Assembly: GCA_001643675.2 (NCBI GenBank)
Contig: LSRY02000027.1
Location: 558,001 to 622,000, forward strand
Reading direction: 5' to 3'
Origin: Monocercomonoides exilis PA203
Taxonomy: Eukaryota > Protista > Preaxostyla
Length of the DNA: 64,000 nucleotides
Position numbers and translations under genes: made by a program. Positions 12,858-26,642 of the stretch are shown here, one piece after another (position 1 is the stretch's first letter; each line of letters starts with the position of its first letter). The notes below the pieces were generated by a model. The model did no database searches. It was not told the DNA's origin and worked only from the letters and a program-made list of their open reading frames with translations.

Positions 12858-14309
12858 ATGATATGTGAGTTCGATGCGAATGAAGATCCGTTATTTTCTT
12901 TCGACAGTGTGCTTTCAAACATAAGGGAGACGGACAACACCAAAAAGTTCAATGGTTTGTTCTCGTTGTTGCATTTGAATTCTTGATAGTTACGATTTTA
13001 TTTTTTGAAGAATTGTTTTCTGAGCTTGAAGATTGCGACAAGGAAGGGAAAAAACAGAAAATCGAAGAAATGAATAGATTGATGGAAGAAATGGATAGGG
13101 AAGAATTCGAATCAGTTTTCACGAAAAAATTGTTTAATAGGATAAATCAAATGATTGAAGAAAAGAAAATATCCTTGAAATATTCACTTTCGGTATTGAA
13201 GCACATAGGATATTGCAATGTGCTAAATAAATTTTGGATTATCGGTTTTGAAGAATCTTCATTGTACAAAAGTTTTAAAAAGATGATTTCTGAAGAAGAT
13301 AAGAAAAAAGAAGAAAAGGATGAAAAGCTTCTTGTTGATCTTTGCGAATGCCTTCTGACGCTTAGTATCTCCCCTTTATCAAATTTTCATTCAATTTGCG
13401 TGCCTAGCCTGCTGAAAGTTGCGTTGAAGAAAGATGAAGACAAGGAAGCCCAAAAAGGAGTAGAAATGGCTTTGTTGGCATTAAACTGCATTGATGAATT
13501 TGATGTATAAACATTAATGTTTCATTTTTGATATTTTCAATTTTTTGTTTTGTTTATTTTGATTTTATTAGAAAATTGAAAAAGAATTGTATTTGAATGA
13601 GATCAAAGAAATTATTCAGTATCATCAGGAACATCACAATTTGACTCAATTTGCGTATCAGTCTGCTTGGCGGTTTTTGATCAGAAGATTAAAATGGACC
13701 GAAAGCTTAGAAATGGACATTGCGAATGAGCTACATTTAGCGAGAGAGGCAGCAAGGGAACTGGAAGAGCTGACAAAAAGCATGGACTGGAGGAAGAAAG
13801 AAGATGAGAAAGAGGGAACAGAAAGGAAAACAATGAATATTATTTCGAGATGGATCAGCTCAATTGGTCATTACTTAAATAAATGTCATTTGTGGAATGA
13901 AGAATATGTTGATCTTATCAGCCGCATTGTTGATGTGCTTCGAGCATCAAGAGATAATCACAGTGAAATAGGCGAGGAATGCATTCGATTATTTAATACA
14001 GTTGCAAAAAATAGAGCTGTGAAAGTTGAAGATTTGCTGAAGAGTGGTGCCATTGATGCTGTTTTAGAGGAGATTAATCGACCAATATTGGATAGAATAA
14101 TAACATTTGAATGTAAGAAATTTTTTCAATTGATTTCAGTGTGTTTGAAAAGAAAAGAGATTGATGAAAAGGAAGAAGCGAAAAGAAAGGCAATAAAAAT
14201 GGAATTGTTTGAAAAACTGGAAGAAGAAGGGTATGAAGATATCATCGCAAGCTTTCATGAAAAGTTTAGTTACATTTTTGCAGATCATAACGTATTTATT
14301 TATCTTTGA
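12858..14309 (+). CDS. Lineage-specific multicopy helical protein family, copy 1 (3 exons)
   Basis: ORFs 12983-13510 and 13587-14309 are joined by a GT-AG intron. Shared motifs LKHIGYC, CVPxLLKVAL, EMALLAL, YHQEHHNLTxLAYQSAW and LEEEGYED. A short first exon is inferred from ATG 12858. Confidence 0.7.
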
Positions 14310-14459
14310 AAAATTCACACTTTCTCTTAAAGGCTTGAGGAAACGAAAAGCTTTGCATTTTGTAACTCAAAAGTTTCATTTTTCTTTTTTCAACATTTCA
14401 CATCGTTGAGAGCAAACAGTCGTTTGAATCTTTAATAAAAGAATTTTTTTTTTCAAAGC

Positions 14460-16154
14460 CTCGAAATGTAATTAAGCAACAAAAAATTAAAAGGAAAAGG
14501 AAAAGATGAGCAAAATCACGTCGCGGGTGATAAACTTTTTTGGATAGGCCACAGCTCAACAAGCAATTACAACCAGTATTTTCAAGAATTTGAATGGGGA
14601 AGAAATGTGTCTTCTTTGGTAATTTTCTTTCTCATTTTCTTCTTCTTCTTTTCCATTTAGTTTTCCCTTTCCAAGCATTGAGCAATCTGAATAAGTCCTC
14701 TTCCGTCTTTTCCCAATCACACAAAGACAACGAGCAATCAATGATTGACTGTCTTTCTGATCAGAATGAGGATGTATTTTGTGTTGCTGACAAAGCTTCC
14801 ATCTGATGCAAGCGCTCTCTCAAAAGGCACTTTGTTGCATATGTAGCTCTTCGGTCTTCAATAAAACATGAATCTTCTTCCTGTTCTTCTCACTTTTCAC
14901 AAAGAAAAGAAAAGAAAAAAAGAACAGTTGAAGAATCGGCGTCAGATGAGCGGGCTTGTAACCCTCTTATTGAAATAGCTTTTTCCTGGTGCATCGACTT
15001 CGGTTGTATGGAGCAACATCGAAAGGCACATGTGATATTGCTCTGTCTAATTCACCAATTCGTCTTTTGTTCTTTTGACTTTCATGATGCCAGCTTCACA
15101 CAATAACTTCACTGAAGCAAAGAAGGCTGGACAAGCTGATCTGAGCTGTCTGCTGATGCTAATCCATAGCTGGACGTGGCAGTTCAGTTATTTTCTCAAT
15201 TTTCTTTGATATCATTGCGATGGAAAGGATAAAATAAAAGATTTGCCAAAACGTATTGGAACATGTTAAAATTTGAGAAAATAACAATGATATCCGTCAA
15301 CAATTTGTCTGATCCTAAAGAGATGACGAAGGGTATTGCACGTAATTGTATTGGGCTGTTCACTGTAAAATGCAGGAAATGATGAAGGTTGATGTTGAAG
15401 TGATGGAAATGGCGATTTCACTGTGAATGCCAAAGGAGAATATGGAAAAAGCGATGAACGAGATGTAAATGAGGGTGGATGATGTGATTTTTATTGCTTG
15501 AAGTGATAGAAGAAGAAGAAAGGGAAGAAGAAGAAGAAGGAAGAGGAAGAAGAAGAAAAAGAGTAAAATAAGAAGATTCAGATTGTTTGTACGATGTGAA
15601 AGGCGATTTAAAAGAGAATGGCGAAGTGGCAGGAGCAGAAGAAAAAGCAGATTGTAAACTTGAAATGAAAGGAGATTGAATAGAAAATGGAGAAGATGAA
15701 GTTGAAGGTGAAGAAATCTCATTGATTGAATCTTCAGTCTTCTTTTCACAATTGCTTTCATCATCATCACTCAACTTTTCTTTTTATCTTTCTCTTTCTC
15801 CTTCTCCTTCTTCTCCTTCTTCTCCTTCTTCTCCTTCTCCTTCTCTTTCTTCTTTCTCTTCGCATCTATCAGCAGACTCAGCAGATTCGACTGACTGAAG
15901 CACAATCTCCATTCGGTTTTGTGTCACTTCTCTCCATTCAGATGCTGTTCAGCGATGATGGCATGCCATCCAATGTGCATCTGAGTGGCAGAGCGGTGCT
16001 TGTCGAAGGAAACAAGACAAACACTTTCAAAAGGCAGATGCTTACAGAAGTTCAGGCAAATAAGCACGATGAGTGTGAGTGGCCCAACATGCGACTGAAC
16101 GATGCATTCGATTGTTTTGAAGAGAATCTGAAGGAAGAATTAGTTTTCGAGTGA
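14460..16154. pseudogene. Degenerate low-complexity coding fragments
   Basis: Ser-rich and Glu/Lys-rich fragments (15360-15860) interrupted by stops; no coherent gene model. Confidence 0.25.
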
Positions 16155-17490
16155 AGATTCAAAGAAGCTTAAAAACAAAAATCAATGAATTGTGAAAGAA
16201 TGAATAGAAAAAGAAAAAGAGAATAGAAAAGATAAAATATGAAATTATCATTGATGAAAAAGTTCGATTTATTTTCATTTTGTGTGATTTCTTTCTTTCT
16301 TTCTTTCATTAATAATTATTTTTTTTAAATAAAATAGTAAAAATACAACTCTATTTGGATAACACACCTTAATCTGATCAAACACCTCAACCGCAGTCTG
16401 GTCTGTTTTGTCAGATTCATTCCTGTATCGCACGAATTGTTTCGAGGCTTGCTCCGAAATCCATGCTGAAAGGCAAAACAATTAAAATCAGCAAAATAAT
16501 CCAAAAAGATGGTTTTCTATAAAACGCAACAAGCATCTTTACAGATAAATACACATTAAACGATAACACCATTAAGCGAGTAATGTGTTGAAATGAATTC
16601 AAAATCCCGCATGTGCTTGATTCTGCATGTTGCATAAATCTTCCTTCGCCATCTCGAGTTTTGTTCATCTTTATATAGCTTCAAAGCCTTTTGGAATAGA
16701 ATCTCTTTCATAACACGATTTGCATTGATGTCCATTGTAGTCATGAAACTGCCTCTAAGAAATCCAACTATCACACGCTCGAGCTTCAAAAATACGTGGC
16801 ATTACGAAAGCTTGATCCTTTCATCAATCCTCCTTCATCCTGAACAACCCACTCAAGAAACGAACAAATAATAAAATTATCCCGATTGCTTATAACTTAA
16901 CTCAACATATTAATTTTGAAGCAACCACAGAAGCCAGAAACGCTTTGATATAACATAAAAAATCATTTCGATGAAGCAAAGCCTCAACATAACTCTAAAT
17001 GTTAGCACAAAAATTAAAGCATCAACGTTTGTTCTTTTAATTTTGAGTTGAATGAAGTATATGCACGATTAATGAACAAACTGTTGCTTTTTTGTCTCTT
17101 CTTCGAAATGTTCTTTTCAAAGTCTTTTCGTTTCTTCTTCATGTGATCAATAATGTTAAAATAGAAAAATAATGATATTTGAAGTCAACTATATGTGGAA
17201 TATATCCCAACATGTCAAAGTTTTCAATCGAAATTCCATCCATTTCAATGAAATGAATTATTGTTGGCTCGATCAGTGCAAAATTAAATTCTTTCGTATT
17301 CGACTTAATATAGCCTGTATCGTTGGCTTCTTTGTGATTTCTTTTTTAACACAGATTTTTTTTCTACTGGTCAAAGGAATTGAGTTTGGACTTTATCTTT
17401 GTTTTGTCAATTTTCAACAATATTGTTTTTGTTTTACTGTTTTTAATTTGAAATTTTGCAGCAAATTGATCTTTGCTATTAATAGGCAGG

Positions 17491-18944
17491 ATGGAAATGT
17501 ATGATGAGGAAAAATCCAATGATGATGTTCAGGAGCAATCACTTGCAGATAAGTTTTTAAGTTTGTTCTTTTTTTTATATTTTGAGTTTCAGCACTTTCC
17601 CTCAAAATAAAATTTTTTTGAGAATTGCTTTCCGAGTTTGAATTTTGCACTGAGGAAGGGCAAAAACAGAAAATTCTTGAACTGAACAAATTAATTGATG
17701 AAATGAATAACGAAGAATTCAGATATGTTTTCACAAAAGAACTGTTCAATAAAATCGATCAAATGATTGAAGAAGATAAACTGACGATGGGAAATGCAAT
17801 CTTGCTATTGAAGCACATGGGATATTGCAACGCGCTATTAAACATAAAATACTTCGGTTTTTTGTATTCTTCGTTGAAGAGAAGATTTAGGGAGATGATT
17901 GACGATGAAGAGAAGAAAAAAGAGAAAAGAAATGAAAAGCTTCTTACTGAACTTTGTGAATGCTATCTTTTGTTAAACATTGGGGCTTCATCACAATTGA
18001 TATCTGTTTGCGTGCCATGTCTTCTGAAAGCTGCGTTGAAGAAAGATGAAAACGAGGAAGCTCAAAAAGAAGTGGAAATGGCTCTTTTGGCATTGAGTTG
18101 CATTTTCTCGCATTATGTTTGAACATCGCTTTTGTATTTTTTAAGTTATTGATATTTTTTCTTATTTTTTGAACAGAAAATTGAAAAAGATCTATATCTG
18201 AACGAGATGAAAGAGATCATCCAATATCATGAAAAGCGTCACAATTTGACACGACTTGCCTATCAATCTGCTTGGCAGTTTTTGATTATTCTATCGTTCA
18301 GCACAAATTACATGTTCGACGTTATTGTGGATGAGATGAATTTTGTGGGAGAGGCAAAAAGAGAACTGGAAGAATTGGCAAAGTGTGTTGATTGGAAGAG
18401 AGAAAAAGAAGAGAAAATAAAAGGAAAAGGGAGGAAAGAAGAACTTGTTTTTCAAAGATGGCTGCAAATGTTTGAGTCTTTCTTTGTCGCATGCAATTTA
18501 TGGAATAAAGAATGCTCAGGGCTTATTGAAAGCATTGTTCAGGTATTTCTAGTATCAAGAGATAATCACAGTGAAATTTGCATCTTGTGCGTTAATTTGT
18601 TTGAAACAGCAGCTGAAAATAGAGCTGTGAAACTTGATGCCTTGCTGAAAAGTGGTGCCATTGATGCTGTTTTTGAGGAGTTTCTTCGACCAGCATCGAA
18701 TGAAAGAATGGCATTTGAGTTTATTTATTTTTTTCAATTGATTTCAATGCGGTTGAAAGAAGAAAAGGATGATGAAATGGAAGAAGCGAAAAGAAAAGAG
18801 TTGAAAAGGAAAATATTTGAAAAGATGGAAGAAGAAGGATATGAAGATATCATCACAACTTTTTATGAAATAATTGATTTTCTTAATAAAAAATATTTTT
18901 CTGAATTATCGTTGAGAATTTCTGATTATCTTGTGAATTCTTGA
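17491..18944 (+). CDS. Lineage-specific multicopy family, copy 2 (3 exons)
   Basis: Exon 1 MEMYDEEKSNDDVQEQSLADKFL, then exons within ORFs 17625-18122 and 18207-18944. Same motifs and intron positions as copy 1. Confidence 0.75.
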
Positions 18945-19677
18945 GGAAATGAGATGTTCTGAATTTTGTAACACGCACAAAAAAAAAATTTGTTTTTTAT
19001 GTATTTTAAATTTTCCAATATGTTTATCTCCTTCTGATTTCCACCATTCTCTACGAATTAAAAGCAAATTGAAGCTGTTGAAAAGGGAAAAGCGAAGAAA
19101 TTGCTGAATGAAAAGAAAAAATTCTTTTCCAAAAACAAAACAAAAATCAAACAAAATTAATATTAATTAAGTTTTTCTTCATAAAAGAATATTTTGGGGG
19201 AAATTCTTTTCAGTTGAAAACAAATTTTTGGATAAACATGAAAAAGTTATTTGAATCTACTGAATATAGTATAAGTGAGAAATAACCTAAAAAGAACATT
19301 TCTGAATGATTATGGTAGATGTAACAGATCAAGAAGGAAGGGAAATCAAGGAATGAACTTCTTTATTACTGAAGCTTAAAAAAGAAGAGGAGCAGATGAA
19401 GACAATGAAATGGAGATTTTGAATGGAATTGAGAAAGAGTCACTTTGTCAGCGATTAAACGAAGTCCTTAAAAATGAAGAAGAGAATATTTGGGAAGAAA
19501 AGTTGATCGAACAGTTATTTTGCTTTTAATTTTGTATTGTCCCATTTTGAAGAAATGCAAAAAAGTCTTTAAAAAAACTCTTTAATGATTGTTAGTTTTC
19601 AACTTTGTGCAACGATAATATTTGAAAATAAGAAAAAATGAAATTCATCGAAACAAAATGTAAAGCATCTCATTTTT

Positions 19678-21100
19678 TCAAACATTTACAAAATAATCAG
19701 AAATATTATCTGAAAGTTTAAGATAAAAATTGGCACAAAAAATAATTACTCCATGAAGGCTTGTGATGGCATCTTCATATCCTTCTTCTTCCATCCTATC
19801 AAATACTTTTCTTTTCAACTCTTTTCGTTGGGCTTCATCGCTTTCTTTTTTGTGCACGCTCTTCAATTTTTCACAAATATTTATGGCAAAAAATAAATAA
19901 TCTTCAGCTGAGAAATATATCATATCAAATGGGACAATTTCTCCCAAAACAACATCAGCTATTCCACTCTCCAACAAGTCATCAATCTTCACGTTCCTGT
20001 TTCGCACCACAAGCAAAAATATACGAGCACAATGTTTACCAATTTCTCTGCTATTATCCTTAGCAACTCGAAATAACTGAACAATGCTGCAAATAAGTCC
20101 AACATATTCTTCATTATGCAAATGACAGCATTCAAAATAAATGTTCAGTATTGCAACCCATCTCAATAAAACAAGCTCTTCTTTAGTTTCTTTTCCTCTT
20201 TTATCTTCTTTTTTTCTCTTCCAATCTACGCATTTCATCAGTTCATCCAATTCTCTTGCTGCCTCTCTTCCAAAATGCAATTCATTCACAACTGCTTCCA
20301 AGCTTTCATCGTTGTCAAAATAAAGCCTGCTCATCAAAAACTGCCAAACAGACTGGTAGGCAAGAGTTGTCAGATTGTTGCATTTCTGGTGATATAACAA
20401 AATCTCTTTGATTTCATTCAAATATAGTTTTTGATCCACTTCCTAAATAAAAAAGAGAGAGAAATTTAAAGTTAAAAAAGAAGCAGAGATATTCATGCTT
20501 GACAATTACTAATGCTGCTCAATGCAACAACAGCCATTTCCACTTCCTTATGTGTCTCCTCGTCTTCTTCTTTGTTCAATGCAACTTTCAGAAGATAGTG
20601 TACGCATATTGAAATCAATTCTTTTGGCAAGATTCTTAAACAATTATGCAGCATTAAATAGCATTCACAAAGCCCAACAAGAAAATCTTCATTCTTTTCT
20701 TCTTTCTTCTTTTCTTCTTCAATAATCAATTCCTCCAATTTTTCATCCAACGAAGATCCTTCAAAATATATGCTCCATATCTTTTTCAACACTTTGCAAT
20801 ATCCAACATGCCTCAGCAGCCAAATGGCACTTTCCTTATCAATTTTCTTATCTTCAATCATTCTGTTAATTTCTCCGCATACTCGTCCAGTAAAAAACGA
20901 GTTAAACATTTTTTTGTCCATCTCATTTATTAGTTCATAAATTTCTTCTATTTTCGCTTTTTGATCAGCATCTTCCAAACGTTCAAGTCCATTAAACAAT
21001 TCTATTTTTAATAAAAAAAACAATCATCAAAACATCTGCTTTAAAAAATGTAAAACACACCCCAAAACGTTTGTTTCGTTGAAGGCAACTTTGCGCCACA
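19678..21100 (-). CDS. Lineage-specific multicopy family, copy 3 (start uncertain)
   Basis: ORFs 20493-21023 and 19678-20439 carry LRHVGYC, LLKVAL, EVEMA, AYQSVWQFL and MEEEGYED. No clean in-frame ATG was found for exon 1. Confidence 0.65.
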
Positions 21101-22653
21101 AAATAATTTCAAAGCAATCAATAATTTCATTTTTAAATTATCCAATGAATGTTCGAATCAAAAAGTTTAAAACTTTTGTTAAAATATCAATAAGCAAGCA
21201 TTAAATACTTCTTTCTTTGTCATCCCTTTTCTTTGGCCTCAAAGAAAGCAAAAAAAGAAAAAATTCAACCGATCTTCTGAACAAATAAATAATGGTTAAA
21301 AACCTTTATTTTTTTATCTGTTTAGCAAAAATTTTCTTCCAGAACATGTTCGAGCAATTTAAAGAAAAAAAAATTCACAAAAATTCTATCTTAAATACAG
21401 GTGAAGAGCCATGTCATTTACAGATGGAACAGCCGATTTTCACTTTTTTTTATTTTCTTTGAAAATGCATTCGAGGCCAAAGTTGCATGAGATTTTGAAT
21501 ATGACAGTATTTTACAAAAGTGCGAGGCAACCTCATTTACAATATTAAAAGACAATAGTAAAGCCGAATCCCGAAAATGCAATCAAAAAAATATCTGAAA
21601 GATTCAGTTAAATATCGAATCATTTCGTGGAAAAGGCAGCGCGCGTAACATTTCTTTTACACAAGGCTTATTTCTAATGATAAACGAGGAAGCTTAATTT
21701 TGTGGAAAAGGAATTTAATTGGAGATTTATTAACGGATGAAGCGAACAAAACAAAACAAAAAGAGGAAGAATATTAATATTATCCATGCTGACATTTCGC
21801 ATGAATTCTATTCAAACATCACCATCGAAGGTATGGCGTTGAATAAGTCTTTGAAAAGGAGTTCATTACTTTATCATTTGGAGAATATTAATTTTCAGTT
21901 GCAAAATGCTCGGCCACAAGCTGTTCGTGTTCCTTTCGATGAAATTCTTTTCCAGCTATTTTTTTATCCAATCGTTTGCTTTTGCAGCGAGAAGCAATTT
22001 TGGAGAACAAGAAAGCCAGCTGAGTCGATAATTACCAAACCATTGGAAATGAGAAAATATTTCTATTCCAAAAAAAAAAAAATTGTTTGACTTTTTTATT
22101 TCATTCAATTTTCTTTAAAGGTATTTTTTCAGTGAATGAAGATTAGCTACGACAGGAATGCCATTGAATGAAGCCTTTTTATCCTTTTTCAAAAGAACCA
22201 GAAGTTTCGAGATTATTCTTGTTTTTATTACATTCAACGATAACATTCGTGACTTCTCCCATCTATTTTTCTTGCTTCATCATCGATTAACTAATCATCT
22301 TCTTCGCATTCATCGTCATTTCCAAAAAAAAAATGTTTGATGGAAACAGCAATTTTGATGCTTTGATGGTAAGATTTGCAATTCTGGTGAAATATTCAGA
22401 ATTGGATGAAATGCGAATGAACTTTTGAACCTTTGAATTGGTGTCAAAAATTAGAGGATTTCCAAAAGTGGAAGAGAAAAAGGAAGGAAGATGAAGTGCT
22501 GTGCAAAAAAACAAGGGAAAAAACAGTTGTGAACAAGAAAAATGGCTTTGAAGAAGAAAGAGAAGAAAGAGAAAGAGAGTATTCAATCATGATGAACTTC
22601 TTCACACAATCAGTTTTTGAATGAAAATTTCATGTTTTTTCATCATTTTTTTA

Positions 22654-24034
22654 GGTATAAGTGTATTATATGGGAGTTTTCAAAAGAGTGTTAAACTTCA
22701 TTAAAACATCTTTTTAACAATTATTATGACAAAAAATATGCAAGACAGTTGTCGGAAACTCGTTTTCAGATATTACAGTAATTGTTGAAAAAAGGTCGTT
22801 TTCACATAATTTTGGGTAATCAAATTTTAATTATTTTAAATGGCTGAGCACATTTTTGATATCACCAACACGAATGAGCTTGACGATCTATTCCACGATG
22901 AAGATGCAACATGGAGGTGGTTTTTCATGAACATTTTGGGTGGGAGAATTATGCAGTGTCATAAGTGCAGAAGATATATGAAAGTTCAAAAGGGGGAGAA
23001 GTTCAATAAATATTGGTACTGTTCCAAATGTGGAAAAAAAAATCAGTTTTCGATGGAACAGTCTTTTCACAAAATAAAATTGGATTGGGGAAAACAATGA
23101 GGATTCTTTTGTGGTATTGGGAGGGAATTTCAATAAAGCATATTTCTAGATTTATAGGAATTGACAGAAAGACAATTGGATTTTGGGGGAGTGTGGTAAG
23201 AGTTGTGTGCATGAATGTGTGGAATGAGAGCCAAGTCCAAATAGGAGGGGAAGGAAAGACAGTAGAGATTGATGAGGCTGTCTGGAGAAGGAGAAAATTC
23301 AAGAGAGGAAGGAGAAAAGAACAGATTTGGATTTTTGGTGGGGTAGAGAGATTGGAAGGTGGAGGAGCTGGTCCAAGATTCGTGATGATTGTGCCCAATC
23401 GTCGTAAAGAGACTTTGCTGCTAATCACACTGGAAAGAATACGCCCGGGAACAACAATCATGTCTGATGAGTGGAAGGCCTATTCCACTTCGAATCTTCA
23501 CAATTACATACACAAAACGGTGTGTCACAAACGACATTTTGTGGATCCTGAAAGTGGAGCCTGCGCCAATGCAATTGAGGGATTGTGGGGCACTCTCAGA
23601 AAGTCTTTTCCCCACTATGAAGTAAGGAAATCACTGATTCCTGATCATTTTAGTCATGCAAATGGTGAAATCATCGAAGGATAATGAATTTTCCGATATT
23701 TTGATGCACATATCAAATTTTAAACGTGTGGAACACCATGCGCCTGAACCAGAACCTGACACAGAAGACAAAGATACTGACATTCCTTGCATTGATGATA
23801 TTTTTCATGAAGAATCGAATGACGAAGAATCGTCAGGATTAGCTTCAGAGGAAGAAAAAACCTCTGACTATGAACCTTAATTTTTTGCAAATTTCTTTTT
23901 TTTATTCTTTTTATTTTTTTCGAAAAAACATTTCCGACGCTCAACAATGCACAACACTATCATAAATAATATCATTGATTCATAAAAAAGTTGTTGAACC
24001 GAAAATGAAAACTCCCATATCATACCCATATACC
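22654..24034 (+). mobile_element. Merlin (IS1595/IS1016-related) DNA transposon, ~1.38 kb
   Basis: Imperfect 28-bp TIRs starting with GG: 22654-22681 GGTATAAGTGTATTATATGGGAGTTTTC versus the reverse complement of 24007-24034 GGTATATGGGTATGATATGGGAGTTTTC (25/28). They enclose a DDE transposase. No TSD is visible. Confidence 0.85.
22840..23880 (+). pseudogene. Merlin/IS1595-family DDE transposase split over three frames
   Basis: N-terminal CxxC...CxxC zinc ribbon (22840-23040), then VEIDE, RRKFKRGR, WIFGGVER, IMSDEWKAY, HKTVCH...FVDP and NAIEGLW (23013-23684), then an acidic tail (to 23880). Frameshifts near the A9 run at ~23034-23042 and at ~23650-23680. Confidence 0.85.
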
Positions 24035-24963
24035 GGTTCATTTATACTGGTGACTGAAAAAATGCGATTGGTTTGCGAATTTTCTGCATTTATCAAGAAG
24101 ATATTTTTCCGTTTTTGTTGAGCTAGTAGAATTTCCTTTCAACTGAATGCAACGGATTTTGCTCTCAGACGAGTTTAATAGATTCGCTTTAAAAAGGTCG
24201 AATATCTCCATGATCTGCATCTCATCATTCATGGAACTCAGTTTGTTTGTTGTTTGCACTGGACTTCATAATTTTTTTTCATTAAACAAATTGAATATTT
24301 CCTGAACGTATAAAATGCAATAACATTTGTAAAAATTTGACTTGTTCTTATGTCATTCGAATTATCTTGACTTAAAATGGCGAATATATTTTGTTAGTCT
24401 TTCTGTTTCGTTTTTGGCATTTTTCATTTCTTTTGTTTTTAACAATCATTTGAATCCTTTTGAATGAAATCAGAAATTGTAAAATAATACAACCAACGAG
24501 GTCTTTCAAGAACGCAAACATTAGCTGTTCTTTGGTTTTCGACAAAAGAAACAGGAACTCAAAAAAGTCATGAAAATCTTCTTCTCAATCCTTTTGCTTG
24601 ATTGTGGTTGTCTTCTTCCATCAAGTTCCATTTCAATATCAGAAATTAATTCAATTCCAAAATAGGAAGAAATCAATTTCATGGAGCATCATGAAACGAA
24701 TGGCAATTCTCCATTTGTTTTTGATGAATATTTGTTGGTTTGATCAACAAAAACAAAAAACTGGCTTTTCTAGCTTCATTCGGCCATATCAGGCTGCTTT
24801 CATGGAAATCGTTTCTAAATCTTTTTTTATAAAACAAAGCAATTTGGATAGATACGGTAACCTTCTCAATTTATTGAATCGTGAACAATGCTTGATATTT
24901 ATTTGATTTTGCTTAATTATTGGGTATATTAATTGCGAATTGATTTTACTTTAAATAAATAGA

Positions 24964-26405
24964 ATGAAAGAATTCGTTGATGGAAAATACGAAGAAGGAA
25001 CACGAGAGATACCCCGAAAGGAAAAGTTTTTATGTTTGCTCATTTTTCAATTTTTTGTAGCAGATTCAGCACGACGTAATTGATGAATTTTTAGATTTGC
25101 TCAATGATTTAAGGAAATTCTCAGAAGATGAACAAAAGCAGAAAATCGAAGAAATGAATGAACTGATTGATGAAATGAATGAAGATGAATTTGAAAGTGT
25201 TTTATCAAAAGAAATGTTCGACAAAATTTTCAAAATTATCATAGAAAAGAAACTGCAATGGGAAGATGCAATTTTGTTGATGAAGCACATTGGATATTGC
25301 AATGAGCTGAAAAGATTTTGGAATCAAGATTTCTTATGTTCCATGTTGTGCAAAAAAATAATTAAGATGATTGTAAAAGAAGCAAATAAAAATGATAAAA
25401 AGAACGAAATACTATTTGCTGATCTTTTTGAATGTTATGTTATGCTGCAAGACATTGACATGCCTCAGAAATTATTGAAAGTTTGTATGCCGTGCCTTCT
25501 GAAAGTGGCCTCAAACAAGGAGAGGAGCAAAGAAGCTCGAAGAGAGGGAGAAATGGCTTTGATAACGCTGAATCGCATTTATTCTTTTGAGGTATGAATT
25601 CTCTTGAGTTTTTACTTATTGATTAAATTTATGCTTTAAAAAGGTAATAGAAAAAGAAATGTTTTTGAATGAGATTAAAGAAATTATCCAATACCATCAA
25701 GAGCATCACAATCTGACCTGGCTTGCGTATCAGTCTGCTTGGCAGTTTTTAATAGAAAGGTTATATAATAACAATAATTTGAAACGTGCTGTTGTCAACG
25801 AGCTGCGTTTTGTGAAAGAAGCAACAAACGAGCTAGAAGAGTTGACAAAATACGTGAATTGGAAGAAAGAAAAGGGACAGAAAGAAACAAAAGAAATTCG
25901 AATTTTAAAAAGATGGCAATGTTTAATTTCCGTTAACTTTTGTGATTGCAGATCCGATAAAAATGAATGCGTTGATTTTATTGAATGCATAACAAGGCTG
26001 TGCAGAGCAGCAAGAGACACACACGCAGAAATTATCAAGAAATGCTTTGATATCTTCGCTGAGATAATGAAACAATTACAACTTTCAGTTATTGCAAATT
26101 TCTTCCTGAAAAGTGATGCGTTTGATTTAGCGTTGGGGAAAATTCTGCAATCAACATTGAATGATGCAATTTCATGTGGCTGCATGAGATTCTTTTTGGA
26201 AACTTCAATAAGTCTGAAGAGTAAGATGGCTAATGAAACAGATGAAGCGAAAAGAAAAGTTATAAAAAAGGAGACACTAGACAAGATGGAAGAAGAAGGA
26301 TACGAAGATGCCATTGCAAGCTTTCATAAAAAATTTGTTTATTTAAACTGTTGCTATTTTTCTAGACTTGCAAAAAATATTGCAGATTATTTTGTGAACA
26401 TTTGA
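24964..26405 (+). CDS. Lineage-specific multicopy family, copy 4 (3 exons)
   Basis: Exon 1 MKEFVDGKYEEGTREIPRKEKFL, then exons within ORFs 25097-25597 and 25659-26405 with the family motifs (KHIGYC, CMPCLLKVA, YHQEHHNLTWLAYQSAWQFL, MEEEGYED). Confidence 0.75.
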
Positions 26406-26573
26406 ATATAATCAGCTTTTTCATATTTTTATTTCACTTTCACACATTCCATGTATCTCTCTTGTTGACATTTAATTAAAGTGATTTTAACAAAATTCTT
26501 GAAAAACGACTGATTCTTTCATTTTTTTTTTCTATTTCTTCTTTTGCTTTCAATTTAATGAAGTGTTTTCTTT

Positions 26574-26642
26574 AAAAAAGAAAATATGACTCTCACTTCC
26601 TTCTCTTCTGTTTTGAGAGATCGTCACTTATGGGCAAGTCAC
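26574..26642. repeat. DIRS 3' inverted terminal repeat plus terminal extension
   Basis: 26590-26642 is the exact reverse complement of 31177-31229, and 26572-26609 is complementary to ICR 26812-26849. Confidence 0.92.

Noticed and set aside
16275-16830. Cluster of short minus-strand ORFs
   Set aside because: Possibly a decayed gene, but no motif is recognisable and the frames are broken.
22840-23880. Bacterial IS1595 indicating contamination
   Set aside because: Embedded among spliceosomal-intron genes with host-like composition; better explained as eukaryotic Merlin.
25730-26314. 194-aa antisense ORF
   Set aside because: Shadow of family copy 4; no equally long antisense ORF occurs in the other three copies.
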